DNA from: a virus
Taxonomy: Duplodnaviria > Heunggongvirae > Uroviricota > Caudoviricetes
Strand: one strand, 5' to 3'
IMG/VR virus record: IMGVR_UViG_2698536443_000023
Location: 1-25,114 of that record
Length of the DNA stretch: 25,114 nucleotides
Shown: piece after piece, positions 17,397 through 25,114 of the stretch
Layout: each line of letters begins with the position of its first letter
Numbering within the stretch: position 1 is the first letter of the stretch
Notes under the pieces: model-generated
Seen by the model: only the letters and a program-made list of their open reading frames with translations
What the model was told of the DNA's origin: nothing
Database searches by the model: none
Made by a program: the position numbers and the translations under genes

Positions 17397-17541
17397 CCCG
17401 CAGACGAACGGCGATTTAAGTGCCGATATCCGGCAGCTTGAGAACGCGCTGGCACGCTGTGCCAGCCAGGTAAAAATGATTAAACACTGTCAGGACGAAA
17501 ACGATGCTCAAACCCGACAGCCTGCGCAGGGCGCTGACTGA
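17251..17541 (+). CDS. lysC: LysC, Rz1-like outer-membrane lipoprotein spanin, embedded in lysB in another frame
   Basis: 96-aa product with lipoprotein signal (LCAGC lipobox) and proline-rich region. Begins inside lysB in a different frame and extends into the start of R, as in P2. Confidence 0.8.
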   Translation: MKTKISAAGMALTCLMLCAGCTSAPPAPTPVIVHNACPKVSLCPMPGSDPQTNGDLSADIRQLENALARCASQVKMIKHCQDENDAQTRQPAQGAD

Positions 17542-17971
17542 TGCCGTCACGGTGCTGAAAACTAACCCCGATATGCTTCGGATATTCGTGGATAACGGGA
17601 GTATTGCCTCCACACTGGCGACGTCGCTGTCATTCGAAAAGCGTTACACGCTCAATGTCATTGTGACCGATTTTACCGGTGATTTTGACCTGCTCATCGT
17701 GCCGGTGCTGGCGTGGCTGCGGGAAAATCAGCCCGACATCATGACCACCGACGAAGGCCAGAAAAAGGGCTTCACGTTTTATGCAGACATCAACAATGAC
17801 AGCAGTTTTGATATCAGCATCAGCCTGATGCTGACCGAGCGCACGCTGGTCAGTGAGGTGGACGGCGCGCTGCATGTGAAGAATATCCCGGAACCTCTGC
17901 CGCCGGAGCCGGTCACCCGCCCGATGGAGCTGTATATCAATGGCGAACTGGTGAGTAAGTGGGATGAATGA
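17504..17971 (+). CDS. R: Tail completion protein R
   Basis: 155-aa ORF with P2 synteny and size. Confidence 0.9.
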   Translation: MLKPDSLRRALTDAVTVLKTNPDMLRIFVDNGSIASTLATSLSFEKRYTLNVIVTDFTGDFDLLIVPVLAWLRENQPDIMTTDEGQKKGFTFYADINNDSSFDISISLMLTERTLVSEVDGALHVKNIPEPLPPEPVTRPMELYINGELVSKWDE

Positions 17972-18416
17972 GTTTAAGCGTTTTGAAGACCGGCTGACCG
18001 GACTGATTGAATCGTTGTCACCGTCAGGGCGTCGGAGACTGAGCGCCGAACTGGCGAAGCGCCTGCGGCAGAGTCAGCAGCGTCGGGTGATGGCACAGAA
18101 AGCCCCGGACGGCACACCCTACGTGCCACGCCAGCAGCAGAGCGCCAGAAAAAAGACTGGTCGTGTTAAGCGAAAAATGTTTGCGAAACTTATCACCAGT
18201 CGTTTTTTGCATATCCGCGCCAGCCCGGAGCAGGCATCAATGGAGTTTTACGGCGGGAAGTCACCGAAAATCGCCAGTGTGCATCAGTTCGGTCTGTCGG
18301 AAGAAAACCGGAAAGACGGTAAGAAAATTGATTATCCGGCGCGTCCTCTGCTCGGCTTTACCGGTGAGGATGTGCAGATGATTGAAGAGATTATCCTGGC
18401 TCACCTCGACCGTTAG
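17964..18416 (+). CDS. S: Tail completion protein S
   Basis: 150-aa ORF with P2 synteny and size. Confidence 0.9.
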   Translation: MNEFKRFEDRLTGLIESLSPSGRRRLSAELAKRLRQSQQRRVMAQKAPDGTPYVPRQQQSARKKTGRVKRKMFAKLITSRFLHIRASPEQASMEFYGGKSPKIASVHQFGLSEENRKDGKKIDYPARPLLGFTGEDVQMIEEIILAHLDR

Positions 18417-18482
18417 TTGTGCCATTCCCGACACCTCATCGTCACATTGCCGCCGGTATGACCCGGCGGCATCCTTCCCGTT

Positions 18483-19118
18483 ATGAACACTCTCGCAAAT
18501 ATTCAGGAACTCGCGCGCGCACTGCGCAATATGATCCGCACCGGTCTTGTCGTCGAAACCGACCTTAACGCCGGTCGCTGCCGTGTGCAGACTGGCGGCA
18601 TGTGCACCGACTGGCTTCAGTGGCTGACCCATCGCGCCGGTCGTTCGCGCACGTGGTGGGCACCTTCCGAGGGGGAACAGGTGCTGATTCTGTCCGTGGG
18701 CGGCGAACTCGACACCGCGTTCGTTCTGCCGGGGATTTATTCCGGCGATAACCCCGCGCCGTCTGCGTCGGCGGATGCCCTGCATATCCGTTTCCCTGAC
18801 GGGGCGGTGATTGAGTACGAACCCGAAACCAGTGCACTCACGGTAAGCGGAATTAAAACGGCCAGCGTGACGGCTTCTGATTCTGTTACTGCCACGGTGC
18901 CGGTGGTCACGGTGAAAGCATCAACCCGCGTTACCCTGGACACACCGGAGGTGGTCTGCACCAACAGGCTGATTACCGGCACGCTGGAAGTGCAGAAGGG
19001 CGGGACGATGCGCGGCAACATTGAACACACCGGCGGTGAACTCTCATCAAACGGTAAGGTACTGCATACCCATAAACACCCCGGCGACAGCGGCGGCACA
19101 ACCGGGGGACCTCTATGA
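18483..19118 (+). CDS. V: Baseplate central spike protein V
   Basis: 211-aa ORF with P2 synteny and size. Confidence 0.9.
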   Translation: MNTLANIQELARALRNMIRTGLVVETDLNAGRCRVQTGGMCTDWLQWLTHRAGRSRTWWAPSEGEQVLILSVGGELDTAFVLPGIYSGDNPAPSASADALHIRFPDGAVIEYEPETSALTVSGIKTASVTASDSVTATVPVVTVKASTRVTLDTPEVVCTNRLITGTLEVQKGGTMRGNIEHTGGELSSNGKVLHTHKHPGDSGGTTGGPL

Positions 19119-19462
19119 CTGCGCGTTATCTCGGAATGAATCGCAGTGATGGCCTGACTGTCACTGACCTTGAGCATATCAGCCAGAGTATCGGCGATAT
19201 CCTGCGCACACCGGTCGGCTCACGGGTGATGCGTCGTGATTACGGCTCGTTGCTGGCGTCAATGATTGACCAGCCGCAGACCCCGGCGCTTGAGTTGCAG
19301 ATTAAGGTCGCCTGTTACATGGCGGTGCTGAAATGGGAACCCCGCGTCACCCTGTCATCCGTCACCACGGCGCGCAGTTTTGACGGGCGAATGACGGTCA
19401 CGTTAACCGGCCAGCACAACGACACCGGCCAGCCACTTTCATTAACCATCCCTGTGAGTTGA
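19115..19462 (+). CDS. W: Baseplate wedge protein W (gp25-like)
   Basis: 115-aa ORF with P2 synteny and size; start overlaps the V stop. Confidence 0.9.
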   Translation: MTARYLGMNRSDGLTVTDLEHISQSIGDILRTPVGSRVMRRDYGSLLASMIDQPQTPALELQIKVACYMAVLKWEPRVTLSSVTTARSFDGRMTVTLTGQHNDTGQPLSLTIPVS

Positions 19463-19466
19463 AACC

Positions 19467-20375
19467 ATGCCGATTATCGACCTGAACCAGCTACCCGCAC
19501 CAGATGTGGTCGAGGAGCTGGACTTTGAAAGCATTCTCGCTGAACGCAAGGCGACACTGATTTCCCTTTACCCGGAAGACCAGCAGGAGGCGGTCGCCCG
19601 TACCCTGACGCTGGAATCTGAGCCTCTCGTCAAACTGCTGGAGGAAAATGCTTATCGTGAGCTTATCTGGCGTCAGCGTGTGAATGAGGCCGCACGGGCG
19701 GTGATGCTGGCCTGTGCCGCCGGTAATGACCTTGATGTGATTGGTGCCAATTACAACACCACGCGCCTGACTATCACCCCGGCAGATGATTCGACCATTC
19801 CGCCGACACCGGCAGTGATGGAATCTGACACCGATTATCGTCTGCGTATTCAGCAGGCTTTTGAGGGCTTAAGCGTCGCCGGGTCAGTGGGAGCCTATCA
19901 GTATCATGGTCGCAGTGCTGACGGGCGTGTCGCGGATATTTCTGTCACCAGTCCGTCTCCTGCCTGTGTCACCATCTCTGTGCTGTCACGTGAAAATAAC
20001 GGCGTCGCATCCGAAGACCTGCTGGCTGTGGTGCGTAACGCCCTTAATGGCGAGGACGTCAGGCCGGTGGCCGACCGCGTGACCGTGCAGTCTGCCGCCA
20101 TCGTTGAATACCAGATAAACGCCACGCTTTACCTTTACCCTGGTCCCGAAAGCGAACCCATCCGCGCTGCCGCTGTGAAAAAGCTGGAAGCGTATATCAC
20201 GGCACAGCACCGGCTGGGGCGCGACATCCGTCTGTCTGCCATTTATGCCGCTTTGCATGTGGAAGGTGTGCAGCGTGTCGAACTGGCTGCACCACTGGCC
20301 GACATCGTGCTCAACAGTACGCAGGCGTCTTTCTGTACCGAATACCGCGTCGTGACCGGAGGCTCGGATGAGTGA
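19467..20375 (+). CDS. J: Baseplate protein J
   Basis: 302-aa ORF with P2 synteny and size. Confidence 0.9.
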   Translation: MPIIDLNQLPAPDVVEELDFESILAERKATLISLYPEDQQEAVARTLTLESEPLVKLLEENAYRELIWRQRVNEAARAVMLACAAGNDLDVIGANYNTTRLTITPADDSTIPPTPAVMESDTDYRLRIQQAFEGLSVAGSVGAYQYHGRSADGRVADISVTSPSPACVTISVLSRENNGVASEDLLAVVRNALNGEDVRPVADRVTVQSAAIVEYQINATLYLYPGPESEPIRAAAVKKLEAYITAQHRLGRDIRLSAIYAALHVEGVQRVELAAPLADIVLNSTQASFCTEYRVVTGGSDE

Positions 20376-20898
20376 TTCGCGACTGCTGCCGACCGGCTCA
20401 TCACCGCTTGAGGTCGCCGCCGCAAAAGCCTGTGCGGAAATTGAAAAAACGCCGGTCAGTATTCGTGAGCTGTGGAACCCGGACACCTGTCCGGCAAATC
20501 TGCTGCCGTGGCTGGCGTGGGCGTTTTCGGTCGACAGGTGGGATGAAAAGTGGCCGGAAGCGACAAAACGCGCCGTTATCCGCGATGCGTATTTCATCCA
20601 CTGTCATAAAGGCACAATAGGTGCAATCCGGCGTGTGGTGGAGCCGCTCGGCTATCTCATCAACGTGACGGAGTGGTGGGAAACCAGTGACCCGCCAGGC
20701 ACCTTCCGGCTTGATATTGGTGTACTGGAAAGCGGCATCACAGAGGCAATGTATCAGGAAATGGAACGGCTTATTGCTGATGCCAAACCTGCAAGCCGTC
20801 ATCTTATTGGCCTGAACATTACCCGGGACATTCCCGGCTACCTGTTCGCCGGTGGTGTGGCTTACGACGGCGATGTAATTACGGTTTACCCCGGATAA
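20368..20898 (+). CDS. I: Baseplate protein I
   Basis: 176-aa ORF with P2 synteny and size; overlaps the J stop. Confidence 0.9.
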   Translation: MSDSRLLPTGSSPLEVAAAKACAEIEKTPVSIRELWNPDTCPANLLPWLAWAFSVDRWDEKWPEATKRAVIRDAYFIHCHKGTIGAIRRVVEPLGYLINVTEWWETSDPPGTFRLDIGVLESGITEAMYQEMERLIADAKPASRHLIGLNITRDIPGYLFAGGVAYDGDVITVYPG

Positions 20899-20908
20899 GT
20901 GAGGAATA

Positions 20909-23158
20909 ATGAGCACAAAATTCAGAACCGTTATCACCACTGCCGGTGCAGCAAAGCTGGCAGCGGCAACCGCACCGGGAGGGCGGAAGGTCAACATTAC
21001 CACGATGGCCGTCGGGGATGGCGGTGGTAAATTGCCTGTCCCGGATGCCGGACAGACCGGGCTTATCCACGAAGTCTGGCGACATGCGCTGAACAAAATC
21101 AGCCAGGACAAACGAAACAGTAATTATATTATCGCAGAGCTGGTTATTCCGCCGGAGGTGGGCGGTTTCTGGATGCGTGAACTTGGCCTGTACGATGATG
21201 CGGGAACGCTAATTGCCGTGGCGAACATGGCCGAAAGTTATAAGCCAGCCCTTGCCGAAGGCTCAGGGCGTTCGCAGACCTGCCGCATGGTCATCATCGT
21301 CAGCAGTGTGGCCTCAGTGGAGCTGACCATTGACACCACAACGGTGATGGCGACGCAGGATTACGTTGATGACAAAATTGCAGAGCACGAACAGTCACGA
21401 CGTCACCCGGACGCTTCTCTGACCGCAAAAGGTTTTACTCAGTTAAGCAGCGCGACCAACAGCACGTCTGAAACACTGGCCGCAACGCCGAAAGCAGTAA
21501 AGACCGCCTATGACCTTGCTAACGGGAAATATACTGCGCAGGATGCCACCACAGCGCGAAAAGGTCTTGTCCAACTCAGTAGTGCCACCAACAGCACGTC
21601 TGAAACGCTCGCCGCAACACCAAAAGCGGTTAAGGCAGCATATGACCTTGCTAATGGCAAATACACCGCGCAGGACGCCACCACCGCGCGAAAAGGCCTT
21701 GTTCAGCTCAGTAGTGCCACCAACAGCGATTCTGAAACGCTTGCGGCAACGCCAAAGGCGGTTAAGGCCGCGTATGACCTTGCTAACGGGAAATACACTG
21801 CACAGGATGCCACCACGGCGCGGAAAGGCCTTGTCCAGCTCAGTAGCGCCACCAACAGTGATTCTGAAACGCAGGCCGCAACACCAAAAGCGGTGAAGTC
21901 TGCCTATGACAATGCTGAAAAACGTCTTCAGAAAGATCAGAACGGTGCGGATATTCCTGATAAAGGACGCTTCCTGAGTAACATTAATGTTTACAGCAAA
22001 GGTGAAGTGGATAAGAAAAAGGGAATGCGAAAGTATTCGTTTGCAGCCCCTGCAAATGTCGTTGCCGGGAAGTGGTATCCCGTTATCTTTCGCCGTGCTG
22101 CCAGCCTTTCAGGAGAAATGGCATCCCGCGTCGTTATTTCCACTGGTTGTTATAACAGCGATTATGTAATGAATAACTGCGAGTTTAATGGCATGGTTAT
22201 GCCCGGAGGCTGGACTGATCGTGGTTCATATGCGGCAGGTTATTTCTGGACGTATCAGACTAATGAGCGTTCAATCCATTCCATTGTTACAAGCCTGAAA
22301 GATGATGATGTATGTAGTGTTTTTTATGTTGAAGCCAGAGCTTTCCCTGTGCAAATTCTTGCAGAGGAAGGGCTAACGGTTATTGTTCCGACAGAGGATT
22401 ATGTCGTCGGTCAAACGACATATAAGTGGGGGGCAACTAATCCTGCTACAGAAAGCACGAACGCACAGGCTATTCTGGATTTTAAAAATGGGCGCGGTTA
22501 TTACTGCTCACATCCATTTATTTCCAGCCTTTCGGGAAATGCTGCAACAGCAACGAAGTTAGCGAACGCAAGAAATATTAATGGTGTCAGATTTGATGGC
22601 TCTGCTGATATAAATATTAATACACTGGTATCCAGAAACCGTGTTACTGCATTAGGTGGGAGCGTAAAGGGGACACCAGGTATTCAGATGTATGAGGCAT
22701 ACAACAATGGCTACCCAACAGCCTATGGTAATGTGCTTCATCTCACTGGCGTAACCGCAGTAGGAGAGGGTGAGTTACTTATTGGCTGGAGTGGAACCAG
22801 CGGTGCTCATGCTCCGGCATATATTCGCTCCCGACGAGATACCACAGATGCTAACTGGTCTGGATGGGCGCAACTATATACAACTGCTCATAAACCCTCA
22901 GCGGGAGATGTTGGTGCATACACCAAAGCTGAATCAGATTCACGTTATGTGAGAGACATGCGGCTGGGCGGTGCATCTACATATAAACCAGCAAATAATG
23001 GTACTACATGGACGCATCAGGCTCCGTCAGGTTGCGTATATACCGGCATTATTGTTCAGGATACCGGCTCAAACTCTGCCGATAACATTGGTGGCGTATA
23101 TTACAGACCGGTGCAGAAATACATTAACGGGACATGGTATAACGTGGCGCAGGTATAA
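20909..23158 (+). CDS. H: Tail fibre protein H, with expanded internal tail-fibre repeats and divergent distal domain
   Basis: 749-aa ORF in the P2 H position. Contains the tail-fibre repeat motif (QLSSATNS.SETLAATPKAVK). The distal half is AT-rich and looks mosaic. Confidence 0.9.
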   Translation: MSTKFRTVITTAGAAKLAAATAPGGRKVNITTMAVGDGGGKLPVPDAGQTGLIHEVWRHALNKISQDKRNSNYIIAELVIPPEVGGFWMRELGLYDDAGTLIAVANMAESYKPALAEGSGRSQTCRMVIIVSSVASVELTIDTTTVMATQDYVDDKIAEHEQSRRHPDASLTAKGFTQLSSATNSTSETLAATPKAVKTAYDLANGKYTAQDATTARKGLVQLSSATNSTSETLAATPKAVKAAYDLANGKYTAQDATTARKGLVQLSSATNSDSETLAATPKAVKAAYDLANGKYTAQDATTARKGLVQLSSATNSDSETQAATPKAVKSAYDNAEKRLQKDQNGADIPDKGRFLSNINVYSKGEVDKKKGMRKYSFAAPANVVAGKWYPVIFRRAASLSGEMASRVVISTGCYNSDYVMNNCEFNGMVMPGGWTDRGSYAAGYFWTYQTNERSIHSIVTSLKDDDVCSVFYVEARAFPVQILAEEGLTVIVPTEDYVVGQTTYKWGATNPATESTNAQAILDFKNGRGYYCSHPFISSLSGNAATATKLANARNINGVRFDGSADININTLVSRNRVTALGGSVKGTPGIQMYEAYNNGYPTAYGNVLHLTGVTAVGEGELLIGWSGTSGAHAPAYIRSRRDTTDANWSGWAQLYTTAHKPSAGDVGAYTKAESDSRYVRDMRLGGASTYKPANNGTTWTHQAPSGCVYTGIIVQDTGSNSADNIGGVYYRPVQKYINGTWYNVAQV
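21428..21907 (+). repeat. In-frame tandem repeats, 132-bp unit (44 aa), about 3.6 copies, inside H
   Basis: Copies start at 21428, 21560, 21692 and 21824. Unit KGLVQLSSATNS(T/D)SETLAATPKAVKAAYDLANGKYTAQDATTAR is near-identical between copies; the last copy diverges after PKAVKSAYD. Confidence 0.85.
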
Positions 23159-23161
23159 TTT

Positions 23162-23689
23162 ATGCAGCATTTGATAAATATAACGGCGGGTAATCCAAAA
23201 ACGGTTGAACAATATCAATTGACAAAGAATTTTGATGTTGTCTGGTTTTTTTCAGAAGATGGTAAGAACTGGTACGAAGAACAAAAGTATTTTGCTGATG
23301 ACACGATAAAAATAGCGTACGACAAAGATAATATCATCCACTATGTGGAAAAGGATGTGACAGCTATCAGACCGGATGGATTAAGTGTTGTTGAAGTGGC
23401 GGATATTACTGCTAACCGACGGGCGGACATTTCAGGGAACTGGATGTTTAAGGACGGCAAAGTGATTAAACGCATTTATACGGCAGAGGAATTACAGCAG
23501 CAGGCAGAAATTCGGAAAGCCAGACTTCTTGCAGATGCTGAATCCGTGATTTTGCCGCTGGAGCGCGCGGTCAGACTGAACATGGCAACAGATGAGGAGC
23601 GTAGCCGACTGGAATCATGGGAACGCTACAGCGTTCTGGTCAGTCGTGTGGATCCTGCAAATCCTGAATGGCCGGAAATGCCACAATAA
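23162..23689 (+). CDS. G: Tail fibre assembly chaperone G
   Basis: 175-aa ORF directly downstream of H, matching P2 G in size and position (tail fibre assembly protein family). Confidence 0.9.
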   Translation: MQHLINITAGNPKTVEQYQLTKNFDVVWFFSEDGKNWYEEQKYFADDTIKIAYDKDNIIHYVEKDVTAIRPDGLSVVEVADITANRRADISGNWMFKDGKVIKRIYTAEELQQQAEIRKARLLADAESVILPLERAVRLNMATDEERSRLESWERYSVLVSRVDPANPEWPEMPQ

Positions 23690-23879
23690 GCTGTATAAGC
23701 TCTGGTGTGAGCTCACATATCTATAACACAGAGTAACCCCTAATCTGACAGTCCGCTCTGTGCCAGGAGCGGACATTGATAACATCAAGGCTCTCTGGTC
23801 AGAGGGACTCAGGTCATTTACAGCATACAAAGAAAAAATTGAAATATTTTTCAAATAAACACATTGCAGGGCTTAGGCC

Positions 23880-24650
23880 TTACTCTTTAGCTCGTTTGGT
23901 CATCTCATTTGCTAACTGTGTAGACCAATAATGTTGACTCTTTGCTTCTAATATGAAAAGTAGCGCTCTCACACATTGTAGCTGAGCATGCACATAAGTA
24001 TGAATATTACCAACCGAAGTAGGAACTAAGTGGGTTTCAGGTGTGTAGTAGTGGTAGATGCTCGTTTGTGAAGGATGAACATATTCGCTAAGTATGTCAT
24101 AAGTCAGTTCAAAATCACTTTCCATCTGATTAGTCTGCTTCATCTCATCTTTATAGAGTTCGCGTAAAGCAGTCATCACATGCATACTGACAGCAAGTAG
24201 GTTTTCAAAACGATATTTAGCCTCCTCAGTAAACATGTAGTCGTTCGGGTCAAATACTTCTTTCTGAATCTTTTCTTGCTCTGACTTTTTAAATCGAGAA
24301 CTATTCGTAAAGTTCAATATAACTTCGATAGCGTTATCTACACTTGCGTGTCCATTTTGGGTAGTCAAAATTTTCTCTACTTTCTTGTTTAAGAGTCGTG
24401 AGAAGGCATGAGTTTCAATCATTCCTCGGCTAACAATACAAGCGCTTTGGTATCGTTCGTTTTCGAGGAGGAGAAGCGCATCATCGAAGATGTCTATCTG
24501 CCTGTTCATAAGTAAATTGGCATAATTAACGAGATACAGTCCGCGGTCAGGGTTATATGTTTTTTCGACAATTACACCATTAATCTTGCTCAGCGCAGCT
24601 CTGGCGGCTTTTGCCTCATTCAGTCTCTGTTCTATAAGTTCTTTATACAT
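23880..24650 (-). CDS. Hypothetical protein of unknown function, cargo at the P2 Z/fun hotspot
   Basis: 256-aa ORF on the opposite strand to the flanking late genes. AAGGAAA Shine-Dalgarno before the ATG at 24650. Markedly AT-rich. No domain recognised. Occupies the variable locus between G and FI. Confidence 0.7.
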   Translation of the reverse strand: MYKELIEQRLNEAKAARAALSKINGVIVEKTYNPDRGLYLVNYANLLMNRQIDIFDDALLLLENERYQSACIVSRGMIETHAFSRLLNKKVEKILTTQNGHASVDNAIEVILNFTNSSRFKKSEQEKIQKEVFDPNDYMFTEEAKYRFENLLAVSMHVMTALRELYKDEMKQTNQMESDFELTYDILSEYVHPSQTSIYHYYTPETHLVPTSVGNIHTYVHAQLQCVRALLFILEAKSQHYWSTQLANEMTKRAKE

Positions 24651-24976
24651 GCTTTGTTTCCTTACAGGAGGATGTGTATCAACGAATAATCATTCCGCCT
24701 TTTGTCAGCTTGACTGTAAGGTATCATGCTGAAGTTAGCCATACAAAGCTCTGCCCATTATCAGTTTACCCAAAGCAGACTGTCAGATTTGATAGCGTTT
24801 GGGCTATGTAAATTGTCAGTCGGAAAATGAGTGAGTACAAATCAGGACAGGCGGGCAAATTGCCCGCCTTTTCTTTACCGGTGGTTGTGCTGTCGATTAG
24901 CCAACCGGGACAAATAGCCTGACATCTCCGGCACAACTGAAAATACCACTCACCCATTAACCACGGAGTTAAACGG

Positions 24977-25027
24977 ATGAGTGACTATCATCACGGCGTG
25001 CAGGTGCTGGAGATTAACGACGGCACC
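24977..25027 (+). pseudogene. FI: Tail sheath gene FI, interrupted after codon 17 by IS2
   Basis: ATG at 24977 with GGAG upstream encodes MSDYHHGVQVLEINDGT, matching the P2 FI N-terminus as recalled. The reading frame then runs into the IS2 terminal sequence. Confidence 0.7.
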
Positions 25028-25114
25028 TGGATTTGCCCCTATATTTCCAGACATCTGTTATCACTTAACCCATTACAAGCCCGCTGCCGCAGATATTCCC
25101 GTGGCGAGCGATAA
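25028..25114 (-). mobile_element. IS2 (IS3 family) right end, partial; the element continues beyond the window
   Basis: Reverse complement of 25028-25114 matches the IS2 right terminus as I recall it (...CGCTCGCCACGGGAATATCTGCGGCAGCGGGCTTGTAATGGGTTAAGTGATAACAGATGTCTGGAAATATAGGGGCAAATCCA). Recalled from memory, not searched. Confidence 0.75.
25039..25113 (-). CDS. insD: IS2 transposase (orfB/InsD) C-terminal fragment, partial at window edge
   Basis: Minus-strand translation gives ...YRSPREYLRQRACNGLSDNRCLEI followed by a stop, consistent with the IS3-family transposase C-terminus. Confidence 0.65.
   Translation of the reverse strand, partial: YRSPREYLRQRACNGLSDNRCLEI

Noticed and set aside
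13161-20620. Numerous short ORFs on either strand overlapping N, M, L, K, lysB, R, S, V, J and I
   Set aside because: All overlap conserved late genes in the canonical P2 order. There is no independent support, and the compositions are typical of out-of-frame reads of GC-rich coding DNA.
21510-21896. 128-aa ORF within the tail fibre gene H
   Set aside because: It is an alternative-frame reading of the 132-bp tandem repeats; the repetitive PPTA/RLRP product mirrors the repeat periodicity. H in its own frame is the supported gene.
21428-21907. Tandem repeats considered as a possible CRISPR array
   Set aside because: The repeats are 132 bp, contiguous with no unique spacers, and in frame within a tail fibre gene. 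They are protein-coding repeats.
23690-23879. Short inverted repeats after G (for example GTCCGCT...AGCGGAC near 23748-23775)
   Set aside because: There are no adjacent T-runs on either strand, so these are insufficient to call a terminator.
24850-24876. Hairpin GGCGGGCAAATTGCCCGCC followed by TTTTCTTT upstream of FI, considered as a rho-independent terminator, and a TGT-N-ACA Ogr site considered nearby
   Set aside because: The hairpin could be a terminator, but no upstream plus-strand gene ends nearby, and its role relative to the FI late promoter is unclear. The candidate TGT...ACA dyad (24891-24912) has 16-nt rather than the expected 12-nt spacing. Neither is reported as a feature.

Overview
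This window is most of a P2-like (Peduovirus) prophage of an enterobacterium, running from the host junction to a tail-sheath gene that is cut by an IS2 insertion at the window edge. Gene order follows phage P2: host lipoprotein gene, 27-bp att core (477-503), int, C repressor, cox, small early ORFs, B, A, the tin/old hotspot, cos (9050-9068), then the late genes Q, P (minus strand), O, N, M, L, X, Y, K, lysA, lysB/lysC, R, S, V, W, J, I, H, G, the Z/fun hotspot, and the first 17 codons of FI. Both P2 hotspots carry AT-rich non-P2 cargo. The tin/old position holds a two-gene minus-strand operon encoding a DprA/Smf (SLOG)-fold protein and a phosphoribosyltransferase (PRTase)-like protein. This is the most interesting locus: a candidate anti-phage system of the DprA-PRTase type, with no mechanism known to me. 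The Z/fun position holds one unrecognised 256-aa gene. Tail fibre H carries about 3.6 tandem 132-bp repeats. All calls rest on reading the sequence and the supplied ORF translations against recalled P2 family knowledge; no searches were run.
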